Shown in pieces: positions 1-8,319 of a stretch of DNA of 64,000 nt (position 1 is its first letter; the number at the start of each line of letters is the position of its first letter). Location: positions 3,456,001 through 3,520,000 of the forward strand of contig OZ244070.1 in assembly GCA_965215605.1 (NCBI GenBank), given 5' to 3'. The notes beneath the pieces are model-generated. The model was not told the DNA's origin. It did not search any database and was given only the letters and a program-made list of their open reading frames with translations. A program made the position numbers and the translations under genes. Source of the stretch: an uncultured Candidatus Binatia bacterium (GTDB lineage: Bacteria; Desulfobacterota; Binatia; UBA9968; JAJDTQ01).

Positions 1-313
1 CGGCGCGAGCCTTTCGTTCCTGCTGCGGGCCTGGACGGTCCCGTCAACCGCTGACGGCGCTCTCTTCATCGGCATCGGCGTCCTCAACGGAACCGCCAGC
101 TACCTCATGTCCCAGGGATACCGCGTCTCGGTGCCCGCGGCGCTGGCGCCGTTCGAGTACGTGGCGCTGCCCATGTCGGTGTTCTGGGGGGTGCTGTTCT
201 TCGGCGACTGGCCGGACGCGGTGACCTATACCGGGATGGCGCTGGTCTGCGGTGGCGGCCTCTACGTGCTGAACCACGAAAGGATCCGCAGACGGCGTCG
301 CCGTGTCAGCTGA
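1..313 (+). CDS. DMT/EamA family transporter, 3' part (5' end outside window)
   Basis: C-terminal EamA pattern 'AALAPFEYVALPMSVFWGVLFFGDWP...GMALVCGGGLYV'; hydrophobic helices. Confidence 0.8.
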   Translation, partial: GASLSFLLRAWTVPSTADGALFIGIGVLNGTASYLMSQGYRVSVPAALAPFEYVALPMSVFWGVLFFGDWPDAVTYTGMALVCGGGLYVLNHERIRRRRRRVS

Positions 314-390
314 TTGCGAGCAGGACGATCCATGGTTTATCTTGCGGAACACTGCGGGGGATTCTCTTGAACGTCGAGGAGAAGAAGAAC

Positions 391-1251
391 ATGGACAAGA
401 AGGAGAAGGCGAAGAAACGGAAAGGCAAGGAGGGCAAGGGGGCGTCGCACCGGCTCGGGAAGATCGACAACAAGCGCTACGAGAAGGAGTTGCTCCGGCT
501 CCAGATCGAGCTCGTGACCATGCTCGAGTGGGTCAAGGAGAGGGGGCTCAAGGTCGTGGTCTTGTTCGAGGGCCGCGACGCTGCGGGCAAGGGCGGCGTC
601 ATCAAGCGCATTACCCAGCACCTGAGCCCCCGCATCTGCCGGGTGGTGGCCCTGCCGGCGCCCACCGAGCGCGAGCAGACCCAATGGTATTTCCAGCGCT
701 ACGTCCCTCACCTTCCGGCGGCCGGAGAGATGGCCCTGTTCGATCGGAGCTGGTACAACCGCGCCGGCGTCGAGCGGGTCATGAACTTCTGCAGCGATGA
801 AGAGTACCGCGAGTTCCTGCGTACGTGCCCGCAGTTCGAGCGCATGCTCATTCGATCGGGCATCATTCTGATCAAATACTGGTTCTCCATATCGGACGAA
901 GAGCAGGAAAGGCGCTTCCAGAACCGACTCAAGCTCAGGCATAAACGCTGGAAGCTGAGCCCCATGGACCTGGAGTCGCGGCGCCGCTGGATCGATTATT
1001 CCAGGGCCAAGGACGAGATGTTCAGTTACACCGACACCAAGGAGGCTCCCTGGTACGTGGTCGATGCCGACGTGAAAAAGCACGCGCGGTTGAACTGTAT
1101 CCACCACCTGCTGAGCACGATCCCGTATCAGGATTTGGAGCCGGAGCCCATCGAACTCCCTGAACGCACGGAGGCCGGCTCGTACCTCCGCCCGCCCTTC
1201 ACCGATCAGACCTTTGTCCCGGAGGTATATCCGGGAACCGGAGAGAAGTAG
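391..1251 (+). CDS. ppk2: Polyphosphate kinase 2
   Basis: Walker A 'FEGRDAAGKGG', 'LFDRSWYNR', 'WKLSPMD'; ATG at 391 after GAGGAG. Confidence 0.95.
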   Translation: MDKKEKAKKRKGKEGKGASHRLGKIDNKRYEKELLRLQIELVTMLEWVKERGLKVVVLFEGRDAAGKGGVIKRITQHLSPRICRVVALPAPTEREQTQWYFQRYVPHLPAAGEMALFDRSWYNRAGVERVMNFCSDEEYREFLRTCPQFERMLIRSGIILIKYWFSISDEEQERRFQNRLKLRHKRWKLSPMDLESRRRWIDYSRAKDEMFSYTDTKEAPWYVVDADVKKHARLNCIHHLLSTIPYQDLEPEPIELPERTEAGSYLRPPFTDQTFVPEVYPGTGEK

Positions 1252-1281
1252 CGTCGGGACGCGACAGGGGGGTCGGATCGC

Positions 1282-2715
1282 TCAGCTTTGGGTTGAAAGG
1301 TGGGCGTCGATGTAGCCGATGCCTGCCGCGAGTCGCGCCAGGGTCACGTCCCGCCCCAGCACGTCGATGACCTCGTAGATTCCCGGGCTCACGGTCGAGC
1401 CGGTGAGCGCCACCCGCACCGGCTGGGCCACCTTGCCCAGTTTGATCTCCCGCTCCGCGATGATGTCGCCGAAGACCTGCTCGATGCCGGCGGCGTTGAA
1501 GTCGGCCAGGTTTCCCAGCCTGGCCGACAACTCCTGAAGCAGGGTCTTGGCCTCGGGAACCAGATGTTTGCGCCCGGCCTTCTCGTCGATGTCGACGGTA
1601 TCCGTGAGGAAATAGTGCGCCATCTCCACCAACTCCACCAGGGACTTGGCGCGTTCCCTCAGAGTTTCGACCATCCTTTCCAGCCACGGACGGTCGTCGG
1701 GGGTTGGGTAACCCTTCGCGGCGAGGTAGGGAAGTGCATCTTCGGCCAGACCGGACAGCGGTCGCTCCTTGAGGTAGTGGGCGTTGAGCCACAGCAGCTT
1801 CTCGGGGTTGAAGACCGCCGCCGACTTGCCTACGGCGTCGATGTCGAACTTCTCGACGAGCTCCCGAGCGTTGAATATCTCCTGGTCGCCGTGTGACCAG
1901 CCCAACCGCACCAGGTAGTTGTTCAGGGCTTCGGGATAGTAGCCCATGTCCCGGTAGGCCATGACCGAGGTGGCGCCGTGCCGCTTGCTGAGGCGTTTCT
2001 TGTCTTCGCCCAGGATCAGCGGCACGTGGGCGAACACCGGAGGCTCCGAGCCCAGCGCCTCGTAGAGTTGCATCTGCCGCGGCGTGTTGGACAGGTGGTC
2101 GTCGCCCCGGATGATGTGGGTGATGCCCATGTCGATGTCGTCGCACACCACGCAGAAGTTGTACGTGGGGCTGCCGTCCGACCGGGCGAGGATCAGGTCG
2201 TCCAGCTCCGTGTTATCGAAGTCGACCCGGCCCTTGACCTTGTCGTCCACCACCGTGGCGCCGCTCCCCGGCGACCGGAACCGGATGGTAAACGGGACAC
2301 CTTCCGGCAACGGCACCGCTGCCCGCTCCGCCGGCCGGCAGGTGCCGTCATACATCGGCTTGCGCTTGGCCTCCATCGCCGCCTGCCGCTTGGCGTCCAG
2401 GGTCTCAGGCGTGCATACGCAGGGATAGGCGTCCCCCGCGCTCAGCAGAGCACCGAGCCGCTCCTTGTAGAGCGCCATCCGTTCGGTCTGGTAGAACGGC
2501 CCCTCGTCCCACTCCAGTTGCAGCCATTCCATGCTCCGGAGGATGGCGTCGATGGCCTCCGGCGTGGAACGCTTGCGGTCCGTGTCCTCGATACGCAGAA
2601 CGAACTTACCGCCGGAGTGCCGCGCGTACAGGTAGTTGAACAGCGCCGTACGGGCGCCGCCGATGTGCAGGTACCCGGTAGGGCTGGGGGCGAAGCGTGT
2701 TCGGATTTCGGGCAT
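1282..2715 (-). CDS. gltX: Glutamate--tRNA ligase
   Basis: '[16 protein letters not shown]', 'LRIEDTD', 'RGDDH', KMSKS-like 'RLSKR'; start taken at MPEIRTRF. Confidence 0.97.
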   Translation of the reverse strand: MPEIRTRFAPSPTGYLHIGGARTALFNYLYARHSGGKFVLRIEDTDRKRSTPEAIDAILRSMEWLQLEWDEGPFYQTERMALYKERLGALLSAGDAYPCVCTPETLDAKRQAAMEAKRKPMYDGTCRPAERAAVPLPEGVPFTIRFRSPGSGATVVDDKVKGRVDFDNTELDDLILARSDGSPTYNFCVVCDDIDMGITHIIRGDDHLSNTPRQMQLYEALGSEPPVFAHVPLILGEDKKRLSKRHGATSVMAYRDMGYYPEALNNYLVRLGWSHGDQEIFNARELVEKFDIDAVGKSAAVFNPEKLLWLNAHYLKERPLSGLAEDALPYLAAKGYPTPDDRPWLERMVETLRERAKSLVELVEMAHYFLTDTVDIDEKAGRKHLVPEAKTLLQELSARLGNLADFNAAGIEQVFGDIIAEREIKLGKVAQPVRVALTGSTVSPGIYEVIDVLGRDVTLARLAAGIGYIDAHLSTQS

Positions 2716-2798
2716 GGGAGTCGGTGGTTCGGGGGCAGGCCAGCGCCGCGTGGCGCGCAAGCCGTGCGGTTTGAGGCGTGTCCCGCCTGTGAGGCTCC

Positions 2799-2827
2799 TT
2801 GTTACTGGCGCACTCCGATATTGTCAA
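2799..2827 (-). promoter_or_regulatory. Putative sigma70 promoter for gltX
   Basis: Minus strand TTGACA-17 nt-TAACAA. Confidence 0.5.
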
Positions 2828-2886
2828 ATCACACCGAGGCGGCGTGGCTGGCCGATGCGGGACGAGTATTCGCGGAAACCCGAAAT

Positions 2887-2915
2887 TTGACCCGGTCCGC
2901 CCCGTATGCCATATT
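2887..2915 (+). promoter_or_regulatory. Putative sigma70 promoter for tRNA-Ser
   Basis: TTGACC-17 nt-CATATT about 20 nt upstream of the tRNA. Confidence 0.5.
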
Positions 2916-2934
2916 GCCGGTTCGTTCCTGCTTC

Positions 2935-3025
2935 GGAGAGATGGCCGAGCGGTCGAAGGCGCACGCCTGCTAAGCGTGTGTACCTCAAAAGGGTACCGAG
3001 GGTTCGAATCCCTCTCTCTCCGCCA
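2935..3025 (+). tRNA. tRNA-Ser(GCT)
   Basis: GGAGAGA acceptor stem, anticodon arm CACGC-CT-GCT-AA-GCGTG, long variable arm, GGTTCGAATCC T-arm, encoded CCA. Confidence 0.97.
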
Positions 3026-3062
3026 CCCTTCCTTCAATGGTTTTCGTAGACGAGGTCAGCGG

Positions 3063-3266
3063 TTAGCCGAGATAACGGACCGTGGCCACAACCACGGCGG
3101 CGATGCTGACGACGATGCCGAGGATGCGCCATTCCCGGCTCGCGGCCCGCTGTTCCGATTCGCGCATGTCCCGCACCAGCCGACTCTCAAGCGAGCCGAT
3201 TCGCTCCACAACGCGGGTTTCCAGTTGTGCCAAGTCTTCACGTGTAGCGTAGTGGGTCATTTCCAT
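3063..3266 (-). CDS. Small coiled-coil protein with C-terminal transmembrane anchor (DUF1640/CCDC90-like), 67 aa
   Basis: 'ATREDLAQLETRVVERIGSLESRL' heptads followed by 'WRILGIVVSIAAVVVATVRYL'. Confidence 0.6.
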   Translation of the reverse strand: MEMTHYATREDLAQLETRVVERIGSLESRLVRDMRESEQRAASREWRILGIVVSIAAVVVATVRYLG

Positions 3267-3430
3267 GGTGGGTGTTCTCTTGGTGGAATTCTGAACTGTA
3301 TGGTACCTTAACTGGAAGACGGTTTCAATGACCGAGCGCGGCTGTTTACCATCCACGGGCGGCGTGCCCGGGAGGCATTGCGGTTTCCCGGTCAGTGTGG
3401 TTAATTTCTCTCAGTTCTCCCCGACAATTT

Positions 3431-3507
3431 GCGCCCGTAGCTCAATTGGATAGAGCGCCAGACTACGGATCTGGAGGTTAGGGGTTCGACTCCCTTCGGG
3501 CGCGCCA
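3431..3507 (+). tRNA. tRNA-Arg(ACG)
   Basis: GCGCCCG acceptor stem, anticodon arm CCAGA-CT-ACG-GA-TCTGG, GGTTCGACTCC, encoded CCA. Confidence 0.97.
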
Positions 3508-3625
3508 CTTTCGCAGCGTTGAACTCCCCGGGTTGGACCAGGATGGATGCTCAGGTAGCACCGGATCTTCCAAGGCTACTACTTCGACAAGATCGGCCGT
3601 GACAAGGACGAGCGCGATCGGCCCT

Positions 3626-4291
3626 CTACTCCTCCTCCAGCACCTGTAGCAGCAACGGCCGGTGTCCGAATTCGGGAGAACGGTTGCCCCGCCCGGGACA
3701 CGCGGACACCGCCACCAGGCAATCCCGTTCAGCCCGCAGTTCCAGGTAGTCTCCCGCCACGGAGTCGGCGGGCTCCTGGAACAGGCGATCTTCCTCGTCG
3801 ACGCCGGTCTTCATGAAGATGTTGAATGCGTCGTGGACGTCGTGGACGGTAAGACCATGAGGTTCGATGGCGCGCGTCAGGTTGTTCTGGCAGTTGGGCG
3901 CGTCATCGACGCCGCGAAGCTGCCACAGCTCCGAGCTGCAACGCGCCCACAGCAGGTCGTGGGAGATGCCGCGGCGCGGCGAGTCCATGGCCTCCACCGT
4001 ATCCGCGGTGATGGTGAACAGGACCTCCATGCTCGGTGAGGACCATAGCCGGTTTCCGGTGGACAGGTGCGTCCCTTCGAGGATCCGGGTGCGGCCGGAC
4101 CAGAACCGTTCCTTGAGGTCGGGAAGGCGCCACGCGTTGAAGTCGGCCACCTGGCCACCCTCCACGTCCACCACCCGGAGCCGTTGGCCGCACACGACGG
4201 TGCAGGCGGCGCCTCCGCCCGCGGGAACCTGAACGGAGTCGACTTCCCTGAGTTCCACGGCAGCTCTCCCTTCATCGATGTAGGCCTTCAT
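3626..4291 (-). CDS. DUF1989 / urea carboxylase-associated family protein
   Basis: 'LRVVDVEGGQVADF', 'HDLLWARC', 'NCQNNL', 'FNIFM', 'AGDYLELRAE..CLVAVSACP'. Confidence 0.85.
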   Translation of the reverse strand: MKAYIDEGRAAVELREVDSVQVPAGGGAACTVVCGQRLRVVDVEGGQVADFNAWRLPDLKERFWSGRTRILEGTHLSTGNRLWSSPSMEVLFTITADTVEAMDSPRRGISHDLLWARCSSELWQLRGVDDAPNCQNNLTRAIEPHGLTVHDVHDAFNIFMKTGVDEEDRLFQEPADSVAGDYLELRAERDCLVAVSACPGRGNRSPEFGHRPLLLQVLEEE

Positions 4292-4397
4292 TCTTCCAGC
4301 ATTGGCCGGCCGCGGCAACTCTTCGGGCCGGGTTGCGGATCAACGGGGGAGGGGCTATTTTCGATCAAGGGTTCGAATTTCGATAAAGGAGGCTGCC

Positions 4398-5171
4398 ATG
4401 ACACGTTCAAGACTACTTGTCGGGGTTTTGTTCATGGTGCTCGCGCTCCAGGCGGCGGCCGGCGCCGCCTACGCCCAGTCCATGAAGATCACCACCGCGG
4501 ACGTGGCCTATGACAACGGCAACGCCAAGGTCAGGGGCTACCTGGCCAAGCCCGCGGACAAGAAGGCGCGTCCCGGGCTGATCCTGATCCATGAGTGGTG
4601 GGGCCTGAACGACAACATCAAGGAGAACGCGCGCACGTTCGCCGAGTTGGGCTACGTGGCCCTGGCGGTGGACCTCTGCAACGGCGAGGTTGCGACGGAC
4701 AGGGACGGCGCGCGCAGGCTGGCCGGCGGCGTGCGCAAGAACACGGACGCGGCCTTCGCCAACCTGAAGCAGGCCGTGAGCTACCTCACCGGCCTCGAGG
4801 GCGAGGTGGATCCGGCCCGCGTCGCCTCGGTGGGCTGGTGCTTCGGCGGCGGCTGGTCGTACCAGATGGCCAAGAACGACCTCGGGGTGAAGGCGTCCGT
4901 GATCTACTACGGCCGCTTCAACCCCAAGGACGACCTCAGCCGGATGCGCGCCACCATCCTCGGGCACTTCGGCGAGACGGACCGGGGCATCAAGGTGGAC
5001 AACGTCCGGGAGTTTCAGGCGAAGCTCAAGACCCTGACGGGCGACCACATGGTCTTCATCTACCCCAACGCGGGGCACGCCTTCGCCAATGCCGACAGCG
5101 GCAATTACGACAAGGCGGCGGCGGAGACCGCCTGGAAGCGGACCATGGACTTCTTCCGGAAGCATCTGTAG
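4398..5171 (+). CDS. Dienelactone hydrolase family protein with signal peptide
   Basis: 'IHEWWGL', nucleophile 'GWCFGG', 'YPNAGHAF'; N-terminal signal ending AYA; RBS AAGGAGG. Confidence 0.9.
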   Translation: MTRSRLLVGVLFMVLALQAAAGAAYAQSMKITTADVAYDNGNAKVRGYLAKPADKKARPGLILIHEWWGLNDNIKENARTFAELGYVALAVDLCNGEVATDRDGARRLAGGVRKNTDAAFANLKQAVSYLTGLEGEVDPARVASVGWCFGGGWSYQMAKNDLGVKASVIYYGRFNPKDDLSRMRATILGHFGETDRGIKVDNVREFQAKLKTLTGDHMVFIYPNAGHAFANADSGNYDKAAAETAWKRTMDFFRKHL

Positions 5172-5194
5172 CCGCCTGCAGGGAGGAGACTGAC

Positions 5195-5563
5195 ATGGCG
5201 CGCATCCGTCACATCGCCATCCTCACAGACCACAAGGAGAAGCTGGTGGAATATTACACCGGCGTGTTCGGACTCAAGGTGGTCAAGGGCGTGGGCACCG
5301 CCACCTATCTTTCGGACGGCCACGTGAATCTGGCCATCATCCCCAAGGGTCCGGAGGAGGAGGTGGAAGGCCATCCGCTGGAGAGCGGCCTCAATCACAT
5401 CGGCTTCGAAGTGGAGGATGTGCAGGCCGTAAAACCGTTGTCGGATCGGATGGGCGCCGCGGACGATGTCCGGAAGCGCCCGCCTGACCGTGAATCGGAG
5501 TACCGGGTCCAGGACCCGGACGGCAACCTGATCGACCTGTCGCAGCACGGCTGGCCGGTCTGA
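5195..5563 (+). CDS. VOC (glyoxalase-like) family protein
   Basis: 'IRHIAI', 'YLSDGHVNLAI', 'GLNHIGFEVED', 'DPDGNLIDLS'; RBS GGAGGAG. Confidence 0.85.
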   Translation: MARIRHIAILTDHKEKLVEYYTGVFGLKVVKGVGTATYLSDGHVNLAIIPKGPEEEVEGHPLESGLNHIGFEVEDVQAVKPLSDRMGAADDVRKRPPDRESEYRVQDPDGNLIDLSQHGWPV

Positions 5564-5613
5564 GAGCGCCGCGCGCGTCCGGCGATCTTTCCGGACCTTC
5601 TTGGAGACCCTGT

Positions 5614-8208
5614 ATGGCTGAGCAGGAACGGGTGCTGCTGCCCGACGACGTTTCACCAAAGCGTTACGACATAACCCTCAAGCCTGACCTGGAGGGCTTT
5701 ACCTTCAGCGGCAGCGAGTCCGTGGACATCGAGGTGAAGGCGGCCACTCGCCGGGTGGTGCTGCACGTGGCGGAGCTGGATCTCCACACGGTGGTGCTGG
5801 AGCGGGACGGGGTGTCCCGTGAGCCGGAGCGCATCGAGGCCAACGAAGAAGAAGAGACTGTCACGTTCGTATTCGGCGAAGAGTTGCAGCCGGGTTCGGC
5901 GCGGCTGGTCGTCGAGTTCACCGGGCAATTGAACGACAAGATGCACGGCTTCTACCGCAGCGTCTACCGCTTGGAAGGCGAGGAGCGGATCATGGCCGTG
6001 ACCCAGTTCGAGGCCACCGACGCCCGGCGTGCCTTCCCGTGCTGGGACGAGCCGGCGCAAAAGGCCGTGTTCAAGGTGACGCTGGTGGTGCCGGAGGACC
6101 GGGTGGCGGTCTCCAACATGCCGCCGAGCGAGATCGAGACCGGGGACGACGGTCTCAAGACCGTGCGGTTCGCCGAGACCCCGGTGATGTCCACGTATCT
6201 GCTGGCGTTCGTCGTCGGCGAGTTCGACTACGTGGAGACGCAGACGGCGGAAGGCGTGACCGTGCGGGTGTACACTCCGGTGGGCCGGCGCGAGCAGGGA
6301 CGGTTCGCGCTGGACGTGGCCGCCCGGACGCTGTCGTTCTTCCACGAGTACTTCGCCATCGCCTATCCGTTGCCCAAGATGGACCTGCTGGCGATCCCGG
6401 ACTTCGCCGCCGGGGCCATGGAGAACTGGGGCGCGGTGACCTACCGGGAGACCGCGATTCTCGTGGACCCGGAGGAGTCCTCGGCGGGCACGCGCCAGCG
6501 GGTGGCCATTATCGTGGCCCATGAGCTGGCGCACCAGTGGTTCGGCAATCTCGTCACCATGGAGTGGTGGACGCACCTGTGGCTCAACGAGGGATTCGCC
6601 TCGTGGATCGAGTTTATGGCGGTGGACCACCTGTTCCCGGAATGGGACATGTGGACGCAGTTCGTTTTTTCCGACTTCGGCCGCGCCCTTTCCCTGGACG
6701 GGCTCAAGAGCTCGCACCCCATCGAGGTGGAAGTGCGGGACCCCAAGCAGATCAGCGAGATTTTCGACGGCATCAGCTACAGCAAGGGCGCCTCGGTGAT
6801 CCGGATGCTGGCCGCCTACCTGGGCGCGGAGCCGTTCCGCCGTGGGCTGCGGCGTTACCTCGGGCGGCATCAATACGCCAACGCCACCACCGAGGACCTG
6901 TGGCAGGCTCTGGCGGAGGAGTCCGGGCAGCCGGTGAAGCAGATCATGGACACCTGGACCAAGCAGACGGGCTACCCGCTGTTGTCCGTGGACATGAAGC
7001 AGGGGGAGGTGGAGCTGCGGCAGACGCGGTTCTTCCTGAGCGGCGTGCCGGATCGGGACGACGCCAGCCGGTGGTCGGTCCCCCTGGGCATACGAACGGG
7101 AGCGGGGGAGGACACGTTCCGCGTGGTGGAAGACGAGCGGGCGAGCATTGGCGTCGACGGAAGCAGCGGGGGGTGGTTGAAGGTCAATCCGGACCAGACC
7201 GGATTCTACCGCAGTACCTACAGCGCCGAGCTGTGGGACCGGCTGGCCCTGGCCGTGGAGGCCGGCGAGCTCGCGTCGGCCACGGACCGGCTCGGGCTGG
7301 AAAACGACGCGTTCGCGCTGGCCCGGGCGGGTTATCTGGATGCGGCCCGGCCTTTGGCCCTGGTGCCGGCCTATGGCAGCGAGACGCACTACACGGTGTG
7401 GGCGGACCTCTCGGAGAATCTCCGGGCCTACGACATCCTGTTGTCCGGCGAGCCCTGTCATCCGTCGTTCCGCGCTTTCGCCCGGAGCCTGTACCAGACC
7501 ATCTACGGGACTTTGGGATGGGACCCCCGGCCTGACGAAAGCCATCTCACGAAGCTGCTGCGGCCCATGGTCATCGGCCTTCTGGGGCGCTACGGCGACC
7601 CGGGGGTCAACGCCGAAGCCTTGCGCCGGTTCGATGAGGGGGTCCGGGATGCCACGCCGGTGGCGGCGGACCTGCGGGCTGCGGTGTATGGCCAGGTGGT
7701 GGAGAGCCGGGGCGTGGATGGGTATGAGGCCGTGCTGGGGATCTACCGTCAAGCCGAGCTCCATGAAGAGAAGAACCGCTGCCTGCGGGCGTTGGGATGC
7801 AGCACCGACCCGGCCGTGCTTCGGCGGACGCTCGACTTCGCGCTGTCCGGCGAGGTGCGCGGGCAGGACACCCCGCTGGCCGTGGCCGGCGTGGCCGCGA
7901 ACCCGTTGGGACGAGATCTGGCCTGGGATTTCCTGCGGGAGAAGTGGGCCGAGTTCGATCGTCGCTACGGCCAGGGCGGTTTCATCATCGCCCGCATCAT
8001 ATCCATCACCACCGAGGACTTCACCACCCTGGACAAGGCCCGGGAAGTGGAGCAGTTCTTCGAGTCGCATCCCGCGCCCGCCGCCGCGCGCACGGTGCGC
8101 CAGTCGTTGGAGCGGATTCGCTCCAACGCGCTGTGGCTCGAGCGCGACGGCGAGGCCATTGCAAAGTGGCTCGAAGCCGTTGCGCCGACGCCCATCGAGG
8201 GAACGTAG
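5614..8208 (+). CDS. M1 family zinc aminopeptidase (puromycin-sensitive aminopeptidase type, ERAP1-like C-terminal domain)
   Basis: 'TQFEATDARRAFPCWDEP', 'GAMENWG', 'HELAHQW...WLNEGFA', 'YSKGA'. Confidence 0.95.
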   Translation: MAEQERVLLPDDVSPKRYDITLKPDLEGFTFSGSESVDIEVKAATRRVVLHVAELDLHTVVLERDGVSREPERIEANEEEETVTFVFGEELQPGSARLVVEFTGQLNDKMHGFYRSVYRLEGEERIMAVTQFEATDARRAFPCWDEPAQKAVFKVTLVVPEDRVAVSNMPPSEIETGDDGLKTVRFAETPVMSTYLLAFVVGEFDYVETQTAEGVTVRVYTPVGRREQGRFALDVAARTLSFFHEYFAIAYPLPKMDLLAIPDFAAGAMENWGAVTYRETAILVDPEESSAGTRQRVAIIVAHELAHQWFGNLVTMEWWTHLWLNEGFASWIEFMAVDHLFPEWDMWTQFVFSDFGRALSLDGLKSSHPIEVEVRDPKQISEIFDGISYSKGASVIRMLAAYLGAEPFRRGLRRYLGRHQYANATTEDLWQALAEESGQPVKQIMDTWTKQTGYPLLSVDMKQGEVELRQTRFFLSGVPDRDDASRWSVPLGIRTGAGEDTFRVVEDERASIGVDGSSGGWLKVNPDQTGFYRSTYSAELWDRLALAVEAGELASATDRLGLENDAFALARAGYLDAARPLALVPAYGSETHYTVWADLSENLRAYDILLSGEPCHPSFRAFARSLYQTIYGTLGWDPRPDESHLTKLLRPMVIGLLGRYGDPGVNAEALRRFDEGVRDATPVAADLRAAVYGQVVESRGVDGYEAVLGIYRQAELHEEKNRCLRALGCSTDPAVLRRTLDFALSGEVRGQDTPLAVAGVAANPLGRDLAWDFLREKWAEFDRRYGQGGFIIARIISITTEDFTTLDKAREVEQFFESHPAPAAARTVRQSLERIRSNALWLERDGEAIAKWLEAVAPTPIEGT

Positions 8209-8319
8209 GGGGCGGGTTTTCAGGCTGGTCGAGTAAACTTGGCTTGACCATGCGCCGCGTTGATGTGTGACCGGCATGGAGGTCAATCCACACATCACGA
8301 ACGATCCGGGAGTTCTACG

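Noticed and set aside
2935-3600. Prophage or integrative element at the tRNAs
   Set aside because: No integrase, no phage genes and no duplicated tRNA 3' end seen in the window
5653-8298. Long antisense ORFs (881 aa here; also 29648-32374, 47701-50577, 57158-60073)
   Set aside because: Shadow ORFs of real genes, expected from high GC3; no recognisable motifs
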